64,000 bases of DNA from a virus. Lineage: Duplodnaviria; Caudoviricetes. The stretch lies in IMG/VR virus record IMGVR_UViG_3300033073_001660, positions 4,021-68,020 of that record, one strand, 5' to 3'. A model generated the notes under the pieces. The model was not told the DNA's origin. It was given only the letters and a program-made list of their open reading frames with translations, and ran no database searches. The position numbers were made by a program, and so were the translations under genes. Positions 28,584-38,822 of this stretch are shown here, piece after piece. How positions within the stretch are numbered: the first letter of the stretch is position 1; each line of letters starts with the position of its first letter.

Positions 28584-30014
28584 TTAAACTATCTTTAGTA
28601 CACATGAGTCACTCCAAACTAGTCCAGGAATTCCTGGATTTGACGTAGGTATATTCATAAGAGCTAAACAGTTTACATGGAATGTACATGAAGCAATTGC
28701 AGTGATATTACAGCCATATATTCCTGAATAGTCACAGCCTGCAGTATTATTTAATCCGCCAAGAATTGCTGAACTAATTCCTGTTGCCGAATTATTTGCT
28801 CCTCCACCGATTGTTGAATAGGAACCAGATGCAATATTACTTGCCCCTCCGCCTACTGTTGATCTATTACCTGAAGCAGTGATTCCGACACCGCCGCCAA
28901 CCGTTGAATATATGTTAGATGCAGTATTCGATCGACCTCCACCAATTACTGAACACCCTGATGAAACCGTGTTTGAATAACCTCCACTAATAGTAGAAGC
29001 TGTTGTGTTTATATAGTTGCACAACCCTCCACCGACTGTTGAATATGCAAGTACCACAGAATTACGACAACCTCCAGCCACAGTTGAATAGTTTGAAGTT
29101 GCACCGTTATATTGTCCTCCACCGACTGTTGAATATGAACCGCAGCTATTTGCCGTGTTATTTGCTCCACCTGAAACAGTTGAGCCTATTCCACATGCAA
29201 AGTTTGCATTTCCTCCAGAGATAATTGAATACGTCCCACTTGCAGTATTTGAAGTACCTCCACTAATTACTGAGTAATTTCCTTGGGAATAATTATTTTG
29301 TCCACCAGCAACGACTGATGAGTTACATATTGCATTATTACAGAATCCTCCACTAACAACTGAAAGCAGAGCAGTTGTACGGTTACAGTATCCGCCAGCA
29401 ATAATTGAAGTACCGCCAGTTGCAATATTACTTAATCCACCAGTTATGCTTGAATAATTTCCACTTGCTGTGTTTCCTCGACCGCCGCCGACCGTTGCCT
29501 CACATCCACTCGCAGTATTACTAACACCACCAGCGACGGTTGAACATGTCGAGTTTACAGTATTTCCAAATCCTCCACCGATTGTTGACCAGTTACTATT
29601 CGCAGCGTTATTACATCCTCCAGCAACAGTTGATCCTGAGTTATTTGCAGTATTACCGCGTCCTCCACCGATTGTCGAAGAGAATCCAACGGTGTTCCCG
29701 CAACCTCCGCCAATTGTTGCATATTGACTATAAGTAGAAGCAGTATTATTATATCCAAATACAGTAGAGCAATTTGCATCGGCGGTATTGCTATTACCTG
29801 TTCTATATGTTGAGCATGCTCCTCCGCCTACATCAATAATACTTCCGCCAGTAGCTCCTCCAACACTGCGTTCGCAGCCAGTGTCATCTAAATAATACCA
29901 ACAGCCATCTGACTTAGGATATAACTTACTATATCCAGACTCTGGGGTCTCTGGAGTAGATCCAACTGTTTTTTGTTGAGCTATACTATGATTTTTCTTT
30001 CCTGAATATGCCAT
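28584..30014 (-). CDS. Gly/Ser/Cys-rich repeat fibre/adhesin-like protein, paralog of 27341-28558
   Basis: More than 25 S-x-V-x-G-G-x-x-N-x-A repeats; C-terminal NIPTSNPGIPGLVW homologous to the paralog. Confidence 0.7.
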   Translation of the reverse strand: MAYSGKKNHSIAQQKTVGSTPETPESGYSKLYPKSDGCWYYLDDTGCERSVGGATGGSIIDVGGGACSTYRTGNSNTADANCSTVFGYNNTASTYSQYATIGGGCGNTVGFSSTIGGGRGNTANNSGSTVAGGCNNAANSNWSTIGGGFGNTVNSTCSTVAGGVSNTASGCEATVGGGRGNTASGNYSSITGGLSNIATGGTSIIAGGYCNRTTALLSVVSGGFCNNAICNSSVVAGGQNNYSQGNYSVISGGTSNTASGTYSIISGGNANFACGIGSTVSGGANNTANSCGSYSTVGGGQYNGATSNYSTVAGGCRNSVVLAYSTVGGGLCNYINTTASTISGGYSNTVSSGCSVIGGGRSNTASNIYSTVGGGVGITASGNRSTVGGGASNIASGSYSTIGGGANNSATGISSAILGGLNNTAGCDYSGIYGCNITAIASCTFHVNCLALMNIPTSNPGIPGLVWSDSCVLKIV

Positions 30015-30020
30015 CTCTTA

Positions 30021-30914
30021 TTATATTTTTGCTTGAATTACAATCGTACCATTTACGATTGCACCAGTTGACGTGAGGCTAATTGAATTATTATTAAGGT
30101 GTACGATATCAACTTCAATAATATTATTTCCTTCCCGAACACTGTATACAAAGTCTCGAGTATTTAATCCATGTGTAATAGTTAATGGTACGCCGGCCGA
30201 TGCTGTGAAGTTCAGAATTACTACCTGGACACTTGAGCCAGTCGCTAAATTGACAATTTTAGTCAGACCAGATCCAAGATTATTTACTTGTCCTCCTGGA
30301 ATAACATTTAATATTCCATTCATAATTACAAGCTCACCATAATTATCAACTACTCCTTCTACTGTAAAATCACCATAGACTAAATATTGATAATTTGCTT
30401 GGATCGTTAGAATTTCAGTTAGTTCAATATATTTCTTATGACCTCCGTCTCCTCCAGATGACCCGTATCCTCCAGTCAAACTTACCCATCCTCTATCTTG
30501 GAAATAGCCAATCAGGTCTTCTCCAAACAGTGGATCAGTACCTGCTACTCCAGTATAAACGATCTCTCCAGGAACACCTGGAGTGGGATACGTTGGAAAA
30601 TCAGTAAATCTCTGACGTTGAGTCTCTGCAACTTCTACTAATATCGATTTACCTACTGCATTTCCAGAAGAAGCAATAGTAAATGTTGGAATACTACTTT
30701 GAGAAATCGTTAATTGATTTGTGATCTCTACCAGATCAAAGGTACCTGAATAGAGAGCCATCGAATTAGTCACTTCATCGTAACTAATATTATTTAAGAA
30801 TTCTAAATTTGCATCCGATAGACTCTTAAAATTCAAGTTAGTCACATCAATCAGTGAAGTTAAACTTGCGTTAGTTAAGCGACGGATTGACCCTAGGTTT
30901 TTATAGACAGCCAT
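30021..30914 (-). CDS. Hypothetical virion/fibre-associated protein
   Basis: 297 aa; C-terminal ITHGLNTRDFVYSVR resembles 'HNL' fibre-type motifs. It heads the minus-strand fibre operon. Confidence 0.5.
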   Translation of the reverse strand: MAVYKNLGSIRRLTNASLTSLIDVTNLNFKSLSDANLEFLNNISYDEVTNSMALYSGTFDLVEITNQLTISQSSIPTFTIASSGNAVGKSILVEVAETQRQRFTDFPTYPTPGVPGEIVYTGVAGTDPLFGEDLIGYFQDRGWVSLTGGYGSSGGDGGHKKYIELTEILTIQANYQYLVYGDFTVEGVVDNYGELVIMNGILNVIPGGQVNNLGSGLTKIVNLATGSSVQVVILNFTASAGVPLTITHGLNTRDFVYSVREGNNIIEVDIVHLNNNSISLTSTGAIVNGTIVIQAKI

Positions 30915-30936
30915 CCTATAATTAGTTTATTTTTGT

Positions 30937-30943
30937 TATTTAT
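30937..30943 (-). promoter_or_regulatory. Late promoter GATAAATA
   Basis: Upstream of minus-strand ATG 30914. Confidence 0.55.
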
Positions 30944-30987
30944 CTGTTTGAATAAATAAGAAGACCGTCCTTTGAGTATCTTGTGAG

Positions 30988-32307
30988 TTACTTGTTTATG
31001 ATTTTAGTCGAACTATCGATCTCTGAATTTAGAGTAAATTTTCCTCTATTCACCAGGCACTCAGTCAAGTTTGCATTAATTGTTTTTGCATCCGGATTAT
31101 CTAGGAAACTTGAGGTGATCTCGTTAGACTCACCTAAATAATCACAATCAATCAATTTAGAAAATTTCACCGAGTTGTTTGAAAAAATCGAGCATCCTTC
31201 TAATTTAGAATTTCGGATAATACAGTTTTCAAACAGACAGTTATTAACGTCTCCTTCAATCTCACAATTAAAAAATTCGACCCCTTCTAGAAGAATACTT
31301 CTCTTAAGTTTAGCATTTTTTATCTGAAGTCTTGCTCGTTTAGTATCATAATTCACAGTAGCCTCAGATATTCCGCCGCCTATTATTAGTCGAAAGAGTT
31401 TTTCTCTTACTCTTGGGTATACTGATTCAAGAAGATGTGGAGCCTGATTCAAATCAACATAGAAATCTATTTCTGGAAAGGCTGATCTGAATCCTAATAG
31501 TGATCGAGTAGCATCAATTGCCTGCCTAAAATCTTTGACCATGCTCGAGATCTTAATCTTTTCCTGATTAGAATAAGAATAATTTTCAGTAAGAGTAGTA
31601 TAGAGATGCTCAATAATTATGTTTAGAGTCTCAACTGCTTCTTTCTTTTTTCGGGTGTAATTCTTACCTGAAATGTAATTCACATTGAGTTTACCGCTAG
31701 CTAACTGAGAAAAATCAGTTGCGAAGAAATCAGATTGTGGGAAATTTAACTCGATAGAATCTCCTCGTTCAACTAGTGATTCAGTCAATACCATGTCATA
31801 CAGTCTCTTAGGTTGTACGTATTGGAAATGATTTTGATAAATCAGTCGATTTTCATTTTCTGGCTGAGGCCATAGTTCAAACAGTCTCTTCTCATCTAAG
31901 CTTATTAGATATTTCAATCGATTTAGTTTATTTACATGAGTAGGTAACTGAAGCGCGTTCTCATTAAGTTTAATCGTCGTTTGTACTCTACATCGTTCAG
32001 TCGTAAATCCAATTGCTTCGATTATGTTTGATACCTTCAAATACATGTGAACTGCCTCTTGATAAGGCATCATTCCTGTGCTAAGTTGCATCTCCTTGTA
32101 TCCATTAGAATAAGTCGGAGAAAGTTTAAATGTCTCATTAGTTGGATTAAAGTCATTCTTTACTTCACTAAACCACTTTATCTTTTTTCCCAATGCTCTA
32201 GAAATCTTTGCAGCAGCATCCATTTTTCTCATAGGTGAAAAGAATTCAAAACAAAATGAAATCTGAGAGTTATCGTATATGCTTTTCTTATCTAATGATT
32301 TAAACAT
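30988..32307 (-). CDS. Degenerate amidoligase (COOH-NH2 ligase)-fold protein with C-terminal beta-helix
   Basis: FCFEFF, GFTTERCRVQTTI and LNVNYISGKNY sit at positions of GFEFE, T..CS.H and EFRYIGG in phage amidoligases (recalled pattern). The C-terminus has pentapeptide-like repeats (CEIEG, CLFEN, CIIRN). Confidence 0.5.
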   Translation of the reverse strand: MFKSLDKKSIYDNSQISFCFEFFSPMRKMDAAAKISRALGKKIKWFSEVKNDFNPTNETFKLSPTYSNGYKEMQLSTGMMPYQEAVHMYLKVSNIIEAIGFTTERCRVQTTIKLNENALQLPTHVNKLNRLKYLISLDEKRLFELWPQPENENRLIYQNHFQYVQPKRLYDMVLTESLVERGDSIELNFPQSDFFATDFSQLASGKLNVNYISGKNYTRKKKEAVETLNIIIEHLYTTLTENYSYSNQEKIKISSMVKDFRQAIDATRSLLGFRSAFPEIDFYVDLNQAPHLLESVYPRVREKLFRLIIGGGISEATVNYDTKRARLQIKNAKLKRSILLEGVEFFNCEIEGDVNNCLFENCIIRNSKLEGCSIFSNNSVKFSKLIDCDYLGESNEITSSFLDNPDAKTINANLTECLVNRGKFTLNSEIDSSTKIINK

Positions 32308-32327
32308 TATCTAGTTTTTCTTTATTC

Positions 32328-32334
32328 TATTTAT
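32328..32334 (-). promoter_or_regulatory. Late promoter GATAAATA
   Basis: Upstream of minus-strand ATG 32307. Confidence 0.55.
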
Positions 32335-32397
32335 CTTATCGGATCCTTTTGGGAAACGTAAGTATTAAAACAATAGGCTGAAAGGGGAGATAAATGA

Positions 32398-32413
32398 ATA
32401 AATAAAATAAATA
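32398..32413 (+). promoter_or_regulatory. Tandem late promoter cores ATAAATA
   Basis: Two copies (32398-32404 and 32407-32413) upstream of ATG 32424. Confidence 0.5.
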
Positions 32414-32423
32414 AAGTTGCTAC

Positions 32424-34088
32424 ATGGCAAAAGTCACAGACGATTTTAAAGTATTTACTAAACTTAGCATATATGTTGAAGATCTATTGTCACAAACAAT
32501 AAATTACTTGACGACTAAGTTTAATCAGAGTAGAGCGGTCTTTACGTCCGCCTCCCCGTTCGGTCAGCTTCTTCTAGTTGTTGAAAACCTAACGCAGCTA
32601 GTATTCTATTATATTGAAGATTCAATCACCGAGTTAAACATTAATGAGGCTACTCGATTAACATCAGTATACTCGTTAGCTACACTAGCAGGTCACAATC
32701 CGAGTCGAGCCGTATCCGCATCTGGCGAAATAAGTCTATCCACTATTGCTGGTGCTGGTGAACCGCCTACTGATTTTGTAATCATACCTAATTTAACCAG
32801 AATTCGTTGTAAAAACAATGGATTAACTTATGTATTAGACCTTCCTCAAGATGAGATCAAGTTTTCTTTTAATGGTACAAATAACGGTCTTCGATTAGGT
32901 ATTCGACAAGGAATAATTGAATCACAAACGGTGACGGCTAAGGGCGAGCCAATTGAAAGCTTCGGAATAGGCAGTCCACAAAATTATTATATCGATAACT
33001 TCATGGTTAACGTACACGTAAATGGAGAAAAATGGACAAAATACGATTCAATGATCGACATGCCAAGGGGAGAAAAAGCATATATGATTAAAACAGGAAT
33101 CACTAGCGGAGTTGATCTCTATTTCGGTAACGGAAATTATGGTAAGATACCTACACGTGGTGCAGATATTCTAGTTGAGTATTTGGTAACTGAAGGTTCA
33201 AATGGAAATATCCGAAGCAATGATTTAGGCAGCATTAAATTTGAATTCGTTGACACTGGGTTTAGTATCCTAGGAGATGAGATCGATCTAAACGAATATA
33301 TTGAGATCACTACTTCGAATGCACCTTTCTTTGGAACGAATGCTGAGGATTCTAAATTGACTCGATTGCTTGCTCCAAAACAGTCTAAAAGTTTTGCATT
33401 AGTTAACGTAGATCACTATGAAAACGTATTGAGAAAACTTAAGCTTTTCTCTATCATTAATGTTGCTTTAGATGAAGTAGACCCTAGAATGGTGAATCTT
33501 TTCCTTATTCCAGACATTAGAAAGACATTTAGCGTTGCTCAAGATTATTTTAGTGCAAGCCTAGATCGATTTGTAATGAATGACTATCAAAAGAATCAAC
33601 TTTTACAATATATCGAAAAATCTGGAAGCAAGCTTATTTCAACTGATGTTCAGATAATAGACCCTATTCCTAGTGAGTACGTCATAAATACTTCAATCAT
33701 AGTATTCGATGATGTTTCAACAGACATCATTAAAAGGGATATCCTAAATAATTTAGGTGAATACTTTATTCAAAACACTAGATTCACCAGAATACCTAAG
33801 AGTGACTTAATTAAGATAATTGAAGAGGTAAATGGAGTCGATTCAGTTTCAATTAATATTATCTCGAAAAAGAACGAGATCTCAAAGATTCAAAACCCAT
33901 CAGCATCCGATATTGGAATCGATGAGTTTAATGATATTATCGTTTCATATCAAGAGCTTCCTATAATTAGAGGAGGATTTACCGACCGATACGGAAACGT
34001 TTACTCTACTGGAATAACACCTGATTCGTTAGGTCCAGTAAATATTCAAATTAAAGAGATCGTTCCTAGACCAAAAAAGATTAGCTAA
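32424..34088 (+). CDS. Baseplate wedge subunit (T4 gp6-like)
   Basis: GQLLLVVENL...YYIEDSITELNINEATRLTSVYSLATLAGHNPSRAVSASG and LYFGNGNYGKIPTRGADILVEYLVTEGSNGN are typical gp6/baseplate-J motifs. Confidence 0.8.
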   Translation: MAKVTDDFKVFTKLSIYVEDLLSQTINYLTTKFNQSRAVFTSASPFGQLLLVVENLTQLVFYYIEDSITELNINEATRLTSVYSLATLAGHNPSRAVSASGEISLSTIAGAGEPPTDFVIIPNLTRIRCKNNGLTYVLDLPQDEIKFSFNGTNNGLRLGIRQGIIESQTVTAKGEPIESFGIGSPQNYYIDNFMVNVHVNGEKWTKYDSMIDMPRGEKAYMIKTGITSGVDLYFGNGNYGKIPTRGADILVEYLVTEGSNGNIRSNDLGSIKFEFVDTGFSILGDEIDLNEYIEITTSNAPFFGTNAEDSKLTRLLAPKQSKSFALVNVDHYENVLRKLKLFSIINVALDEVDPRMVNLFLIPDIRKTFSVAQDYFSASLDRFVMNDYQKNQLLQYIEKSGSKLISTDVQIIDPIPSEYVINTSIIVFDDVSTDIIKRDILNNLGEYFIQNTRFTRIPKSDLIKIIEEVNGVDSVSINIISKKNEISKIQNPSASDIGIDEFNDIIVSYQELPIIRGGFTDRYGNVYSTGITPDSLGPVNIQIKEIVPRPKKIS

Positions 34089-34089
34089 C

Positions 34090-34335
34090 ATGGTAAAAAA
34101 TAGCATATATCGTCCCATATTTAATCGTAGAGAAAAACGACTAAATACTGGATTTGATTATAAAGGACAGATCCTAAAAAAGACTCTTTCTTCCCAAATG
34201 TTTGGTGCACATCCTCTACTTGATTATTTACTACAACAGGTAGAAAGCATCGTATACGAATGGGTGGAAGCAGTAAAACAGATTAAGATAAACACCAATC
34301 CAGCATTGGATAAGTACGAAAATAAGATTAGATAA
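34090..34335 (+). CDS. Hypothetical protein (baseplate-associated by position)
   Basis: 81 aa ORF between the gp6-like gene and the terminase genes. Confidence 0.5.
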   Translation: MVKNSIYRPIFNRREKRLNTGFDYKGQILKKTLSSQMFGAHPLLDYLLQQVESIVYEWVEAVKQIKINTNPALDKYENKIR

Positions 34336-35070
34336 ATGGGTAGCAATAAATCGGGAATGAGCCGCGAGAATCGTGCTCACCTCAGAGACGAAATACAATC
34401 GTTATTGGGATCAATTGGAACAGAATCCCATGATGACATGGTGATCGATAACGAGATCTCAGAAAAAACCAGACCTGAGAGTCCATATGATTTTGAGGAA
34501 ATGAGTAATCAGTTTACAGTAAAAGCCAGAGAGATCACAGACTCGCTATTTAAAAACTTCGTTGATATTGGAATTTTTGAGAAGAACGATTATGCTCGCC
34601 ATAAGAAGGAGCTCGATACTATCAATATTTCCAACTTATTTTTTCAATTAAAGACCATTAAGATCACTATCATTAAGGTGATGGAAGAGATAACCTCAGG
34701 TAACACTCATCCTCGATTGATTGAGGTTATGGGACAGTTACAAGATAAAATGGCATCCATTACAAAGATGCAAGCAAACTATGTGCTATTTCTTGAAGAT
34801 ACATATCGTCAGTTAAATTCAGCGGCGCCAATGAATCCAGATTCAGAAGTAGTCGGGTCAGATTCAAAAGAGGGCCAGTTCTTTATTACGGTCGGTACTA
34901 AAAATTTAATCAATAGTTTGCCTGATGATAATAAGACTGGCGAGATTAAAGTTCCAACTGGAAGCCTAATCGATCCTTCTAAAAAGTCAGATTTAATGCG
35001 AGAACGCAATATCCAAATAACTGATGATGAGTCGGGAGACGACTTTATGGATATCACTGAAATAATTTAA
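34336..35070 (+). CDS. terS: Terminase small subunit (T4 gp16-like)
   Basis: HPRLIEVMGQLQDKM matches the gp16 PRxxEVxGQL motif. It lies immediately upstream of terL. Confidence 0.65.
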   Translation: MGSNKSGMSRENRAHLRDEIQSLLGSIGTESHDDMVIDNEISEKTRPESPYDFEEMSNQFTVKAREITDSLFKNFVDIGIFEKNDYARHKKELDTINISNLFFQLKTIKITIIKVMEEITSGNTHPRLIEVMGQLQDKMASITKMQANYVLFLEDTYRQLNSAAPMNPDSEVVGSDSKEGQFFITVGTKNLINSLPDDNKTGEIKVPTGSLIDPSKKSDLMRERNIQITDDESGDDFMDITEII

Positions 35071-35074
35071 TACG

Positions 35075-37054
35075 ATGAAAGACGTCATGACAAATGGTGG
35101 CGCTTTCAGCCATCGAAAACTATCAAACTTGTCTGGTTCATCAGACGACACCAATACTTCGATATGGACAACTGTTCGTATCAATCGATTACTTGATGAC
35201 ATTGAAAACGATGGATTCGATATTAAAGGGTTACATAATTCCCCATTCAAAGATAATGATATTAACTTAAAGAGAGGGAACTTGCCCTTTGAATATACTC
35301 CGGAAGAGTGGGAAGAACTTAAAAAATGTAAAGCTGACATACTCTATTTTGCAGTAAACTATTGTAAGATCCAAACGGGTGACGGTATTCAATTGATTAG
35401 GGACACTGCTGGACTTAGAGATTTTCAGGAAGAGATCCTTCTTTCATTCAAAGGAAACAAATTTAATATCCTAATGGCGAGTCGCCAGACTGGAAAATCC
35501 GTGACTTCCGCTATCTATATCCTATGGTACCTACTATTTAATTCAGATAAGACTGCACTAATCGTTGCAGATAACTTTACGACCACTCGAGAATTATTGG
35601 ATAAGTTTAGAATATGTTTAGATGGACTTCCATTTTTTATGAAGCCTGGAATCAAGCATATCAATTCAGGAAATATTAAGTTTGATAACGATAGTCGTGT
35701 TGTAGGTAGAACGACTACTAAAAAATCTGGTATCGGTCTCTCAGTAAACGTTCTATACATTGATGAGTTTGCCCATATCGATGAAGCAAAACTAGATGAG
35801 TTCTATCGAGCGATCTTGCCTACGATCACAGCCGATCCAAATGCCAAAGTAATTATCACGTCTACGCCAAACGGTAAGAATAAATTCTATGAGATTTGGG
35901 TGGATGCTGTTGCTGGTAAGAGTGATTATGTTCCACTTAGAGTTGACTGGTGGCAAGTTAAAGGTCGTGACGAGGCATGGAAACAGGCAGTTATTGCTAA
36001 TATGGGATCAGTAGAAGACTTTAACCAGGAGTATGGTCTACAGTTTTTCTCTTCTGATCAGTTATTATTAAACTCAAACGAATTAAAGAGACTTTATAAT
36101 ATCAAAGCTGATTATGTAAATACTACCTTTGCACTAAGTGAAGATAGACAATGGATCAACGACTGTCTTACCGTTCATCCAAATTATGCAAAGAGAACAA
36201 TGTCAGACTATAAGTTAGATAAAGCAAAATATGTGTTCTCTATAGATACGGCAGATGGTACTGGCGGTGACTATTCTGTGCTAAATATTTATAAAGTAGC
36301 CTGCTTGCCAATTAATGAACTCTTAAAAAAGAAAGAGGCTATTCGTGGAGAAATCGATACGACTTCTCTAGTACAAGTTGCAACATTTAGGACGAACGAA
36401 TATGATATTAACGAATTTGCAGCCGGTGTAGAATTCATAACATATACCTTATTCAATTCTGAAAACGTTAGAATCGTTCTTGAAATGAATCACAAAGGGG
36501 AGATAATAAAAAATAGATTGGAGAGTAACGATGATTATTGGCCTTCTCAACTAGTGCATACTAAGCATACTGAAATGGCTGTAACTACCAAGCCTGGACT
36601 TAGACTTGGACCAACTAATAAGATACGATATTGTGAAAAGTTCAAGTATTTTGTAGAGGTAAAGAAAATCATACCTAATGATTTTATGACAGTAATGGAA
36701 CTAATGGCATTTGGTAAGACGAAGGGTGGCTCATATCGTGGACAAAATGGAAACGACGACCTTGCTATGACTTGTGTTAACTTAGCACCAGCTCTCGAGT
36801 CAAATCAACTATGGGAGCTTTCGATCGAAACGTATGAAGCGTCTTCACAAGAATATCGAAAGGAAGTAGAAGAAAAGATCTTTAGTCTATTTAGATCTAA
36901 TTTAAACAAACCTGCATTTGACTACGACACACTGAGAGAAGTAAATGCTCCATCGAATAAGGCTGAAAAGGGATTAGAACCTCGTAACCATGTATTTGAT
37001 ATTCAATCACTACAACAAATGCAAAAAATTAAGAATAAATTTTTTAAAAGCTAA
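35075..37054 (+). CDS. terL: Terminase large subunit (T4 gp17-like)
   Basis: Walker A MASRQTGKS, Walker B LYIDEFAHI, motif III IITSTPNG, nuclease SIDTADGTGGDYS and NDDLAMT. Confidence 0.95.
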   Translation: MKDVMTNGGAFSHRKLSNLSGSSDDTNTSIWTTVRINRLLDDIENDGFDIKGLHNSPFKDNDINLKRGNLPFEYTPEEWEELKKCKADILYFAVNYCKIQTGDGIQLIRDTAGLRDFQEEILLSFKGNKFNILMASRQTGKSVTSAIYILWYLLFNSDKTALIVADNFTTTRELLDKFRICLDGLPFFMKPGIKHINSGNIKFDNDSRVVGRTTTKKSGIGLSVNVLYIDEFAHIDEAKLDEFYRAILPTITADPNAKVIITSTPNGKNKFYEIWVDAVAGKSDYVPLRVDWWQVKGRDEAWKQAVIANMGSVEDFNQEYGLQFFSSDQLLLNSNELKRLYNIKADYVNTTFALSEDRQWINDCLTVHPNYAKRTMSDYKLDKAKYVFSIDTADGTGGDYSVLNIYKVACLPINELLKKKEAIRGEIDTTSLVQVATFRTNEYDINEFAAGVEFITYTLFNSENVRIVLEMNHKGEIIKNRLESNDDYWPSQLVHTKHTEMAVTTKPGLRLGPTNKIRYCEKFKYFVEVKKIIPNDFMTVMELMAFGKTKGGSYRGQNGNDDLAMTCVNLAPALESNQLWELSIETYEASSQEYRKEVEEKIFSLFRSNLNKPAFDYDTLREVNAPSNKAEKGLEPRNHVFDIQSLQQMQKIKNKFFKS

Positions 37055-37078
37055 ACTCTTTTTAGTATAATAGTATAG
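37053..37078 (+). promoter_or_regulatory. Putative non-late promoter AAAC-N16-GTATAG (also contains TATAAT at 37066)
   Basis: Heads the operon that contains the phage sigma factor. Confidence 0.45.
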
Positions 37079-37103
37079 AAATTACTGTTTAAACTCTAGA
37101 AGT

Positions 37104-37412
37104 ATGAAGATTCTTAAATTCCAAGGCGATATCGGGCTCGATGAAGTGTTCAATCGACATAAAATAGAGATTTACGACAATCTCTTACACTCTATAAAAA
37201 CTCATTATTTAGATGAAGATCATTCTGAAGTGACAGTAATAAAAATTTCAATAAATGAATCGGAGTATACGATCAATTTATCTAGAGATAAGTTTATAAG
37301 CGGTCTAGAAGGAGCTATCTCGTTTTATGAGATTCATGAAGAATACGAAAAATGTGCTGAATGTTTAAAAATCATTAATGCACTTAAAAAAAATAACATC
37401 CTGGAGGCATAA
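37104..37412 (+). CDS. Hypothetical protein with UVR-like C-terminal helix pair
   Basis: [18 protein letters not shown] resembles the UvrB/C (UVR) motif. Confidence 0.45.
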   Translation: MKILKFQGDIGLDEVFNRHKIEIYDNLLHSIKTHYLDEDHSEVTVIKISINESEYTINLSRDKFISGLEGAISFYEIHEEYEKCAECLKIINALKKNNILEA

Positions 37413-37417
37413 CAATT

Positions 37418-38044
37418 ATGGGGTACGAATCAACTAACACAAAAATCAATGAAAGAATTCAGGAAATATCTGAAAAGCTACTTAAAAAGCAAAACACCGA
37501 GAGAGAAAAAAATGAACTAGCTCAACTAATCTATCCAAAACTCAAATATTACATTTGGAAATTCTGTAAAAACGAGATCGATACTGAAGAGGCTTTACAA
37601 TTCACACTAAAGAAAATTTTTAAGAATATCGCACAATTCGATTTTGAAAAAGGTCGTTTTACCACGTGGATCTATACGATAGCTCGCAATGAGACGTTAT
37701 TTTACTTGTATCAATTAAAAAAGCATTCTCACTACGATATTGATACTATGTATGGTAAAATAGATCGACCTGATGATTTAACTGATGAAGTTAATGGGTT
37801 TACAGACATCGATGATATTTACCAAACGACGGTCGATGAGATATTCCTAATTGAGGATCCTCTGCTTAAAAACATCGCAATCGATAAAATGATCAAAAAT
37901 AAGAAGGTGAAACAAATAGCACTAGATTACGAGATCAATGAGAATACTGTGAAGACTAAACTTCGCAAAATTAGGTCAGATATTAAATTCTCAGTCCTAA
38001 AAAAGAATCCTCAGTTTGAGGAAAAAATAAAAATGATACTATGA
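37418..38044 (+). CDS. RNA polymerase sigma factor, ECF/sigma70 family
   Basis: Region 2 [19 protein letters not shown]; region 4 [26 protein letters not shown]. Confidence 0.88.
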   Translation: MGYESTNTKINERIQEISEKLLKKQNTEREKNELAQLIYPKLKYYIWKFCKNEIDTEEALQFTLKKIFKNIAQFDFEKGRFTTWIYTIARNETLFYLYQLKKHSHYDIDTMYGKIDRPDDLTDEVNGFTDIDDIYQTTVDEIFLIEDPLLKNIAIDKMIKNKKVKQIALDYEINENTVKTKLRKIRSDIKFSVLKKNPQFEEKIKMIL

Positions 38045-38502
38045 TACTTGATTATATTTCCCCTATTCGGGTATACAGGAGACTCTCAACTCACATACAA
38101 GAGTTGTTAAATTACAGAACCTTTAAAAAAATTGTGTTCGAATTAAATTCAACAGGTAAACTTGATGAAATAGGAATTAAGTCAGACTCTTCTTCCAACA
38201 TGTACATTGGGATAGACCTTAATCCGGAACTTTTACTCTATTCTGATGCTTCACAAGAATCAGTCGAATTAAGACTGATCTCAGAAAAAATGAATAAGTA
38301 TAACGATTTTTTGACAACTGAGGGAATACTTGATTCAATTAAAGTGGATTACGAAAGAGTCCAAACTGATGTCTATTACGGATACATATTACAAATTAGT
38401 TTTAACTTTAAGAAATATAAGAAGCGAGATTTTATCTATACGATATCCTATTTCTCAGCAATTGCTATTGGAATGATTGTTAGCTTATTATTGCTTCTTT
38501 AA
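38041..38502 (+). CDS. Hypothetical protein with C-terminal transmembrane helix
   Basis: C-terminal [23 protein letters not shown]; ATGA overlap with the sigma gene. Confidence 0.6.
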   Translation: MILDYISPIRVYRRLSTHIQELLNYRTFKKIVFELNSTGKLDEIGIKSDSSSNMYIGIDLNPELLLYSDASQESVELRLISEKMNKYNDFLTTEGILDSIKVDYERVQTDVYYGYILQISFNFKKYKKRDFIYTISYFSAIAIGMIVSLLLLL

Positions 38503-38508
38503 TAAATA
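38502..38508 (+). promoter_or_regulatory. Late promoter core ATAAATA
   Basis: Upstream of ATG 38523. Confidence 0.5.
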
Positions 38509-38522
38509 AAAAAATAAATCCT

Positions 38523-38813
38523 ATGAAAAAATTAAATGCATTTATAACAGCACACTATCCTAAAGTATTATTGATCTTAAGCATCCTTATCTTCTTTAAT
38601 ACTTGTGGAAATCCAAACAAGTCACTTACTAAAAAGGTAGATACTTTGTCTCAAAAAATTGATTCATTAGAGTCAATTACAGTTACTCAAAAAGATTTAA
38701 AGATTGAAGGTCTCAAGTCTGAAAAAAGAATGATTCAATCGACTGATCGTAAAATACTGGACGTAAATCGTCAGTCTCAGATCGATAAGGAAATCAACGA
38801 GTTAGAAAAATAA
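38523..38813 (+). CDS. Membrane-anchored coiled-coil protein (possible lipoprotein/spanin component)
   Basis: Hydrophobic VLLILSILIFFNTC followed by a heptad coiled coil. Confidence 0.45.
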   Translation: MKKLNAFITAHYPKVLLILSILIFFNTCGNPNKSLTKKVDTLSQKIDSLESITVTQKDLKIEGLKSEKRMIQSTDRKILDVNRQSQIDKEINELEK

Positions 38814-38822
38814 TTAGCATAT

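Noticed and set aside
27341-30014. Diversity-generating retroelement (TR/VR pair) in the repeat-fibre genes
   Set aside because: The repeats are in-frame coding repeats with no adenine-specific mismatch pattern that I could see, there is no non-coding template copy, and no reverse transcriptase is in the window.
30952-30958. Plus-strand ATAAATA that would drive antisense RNA into the amidoligase-like gene
   Set aside because: No plus-strand ORF follows, and a single heptamer in AT-rich DNA is expected by chance.
35075-37054. Intein or intron in the terminase (also checked in ligase and thyA)
   Set aside because: Lengths and motif spacing are normal, with no intein splice-junction or homing-endonuclease motifs and no frame interruption.
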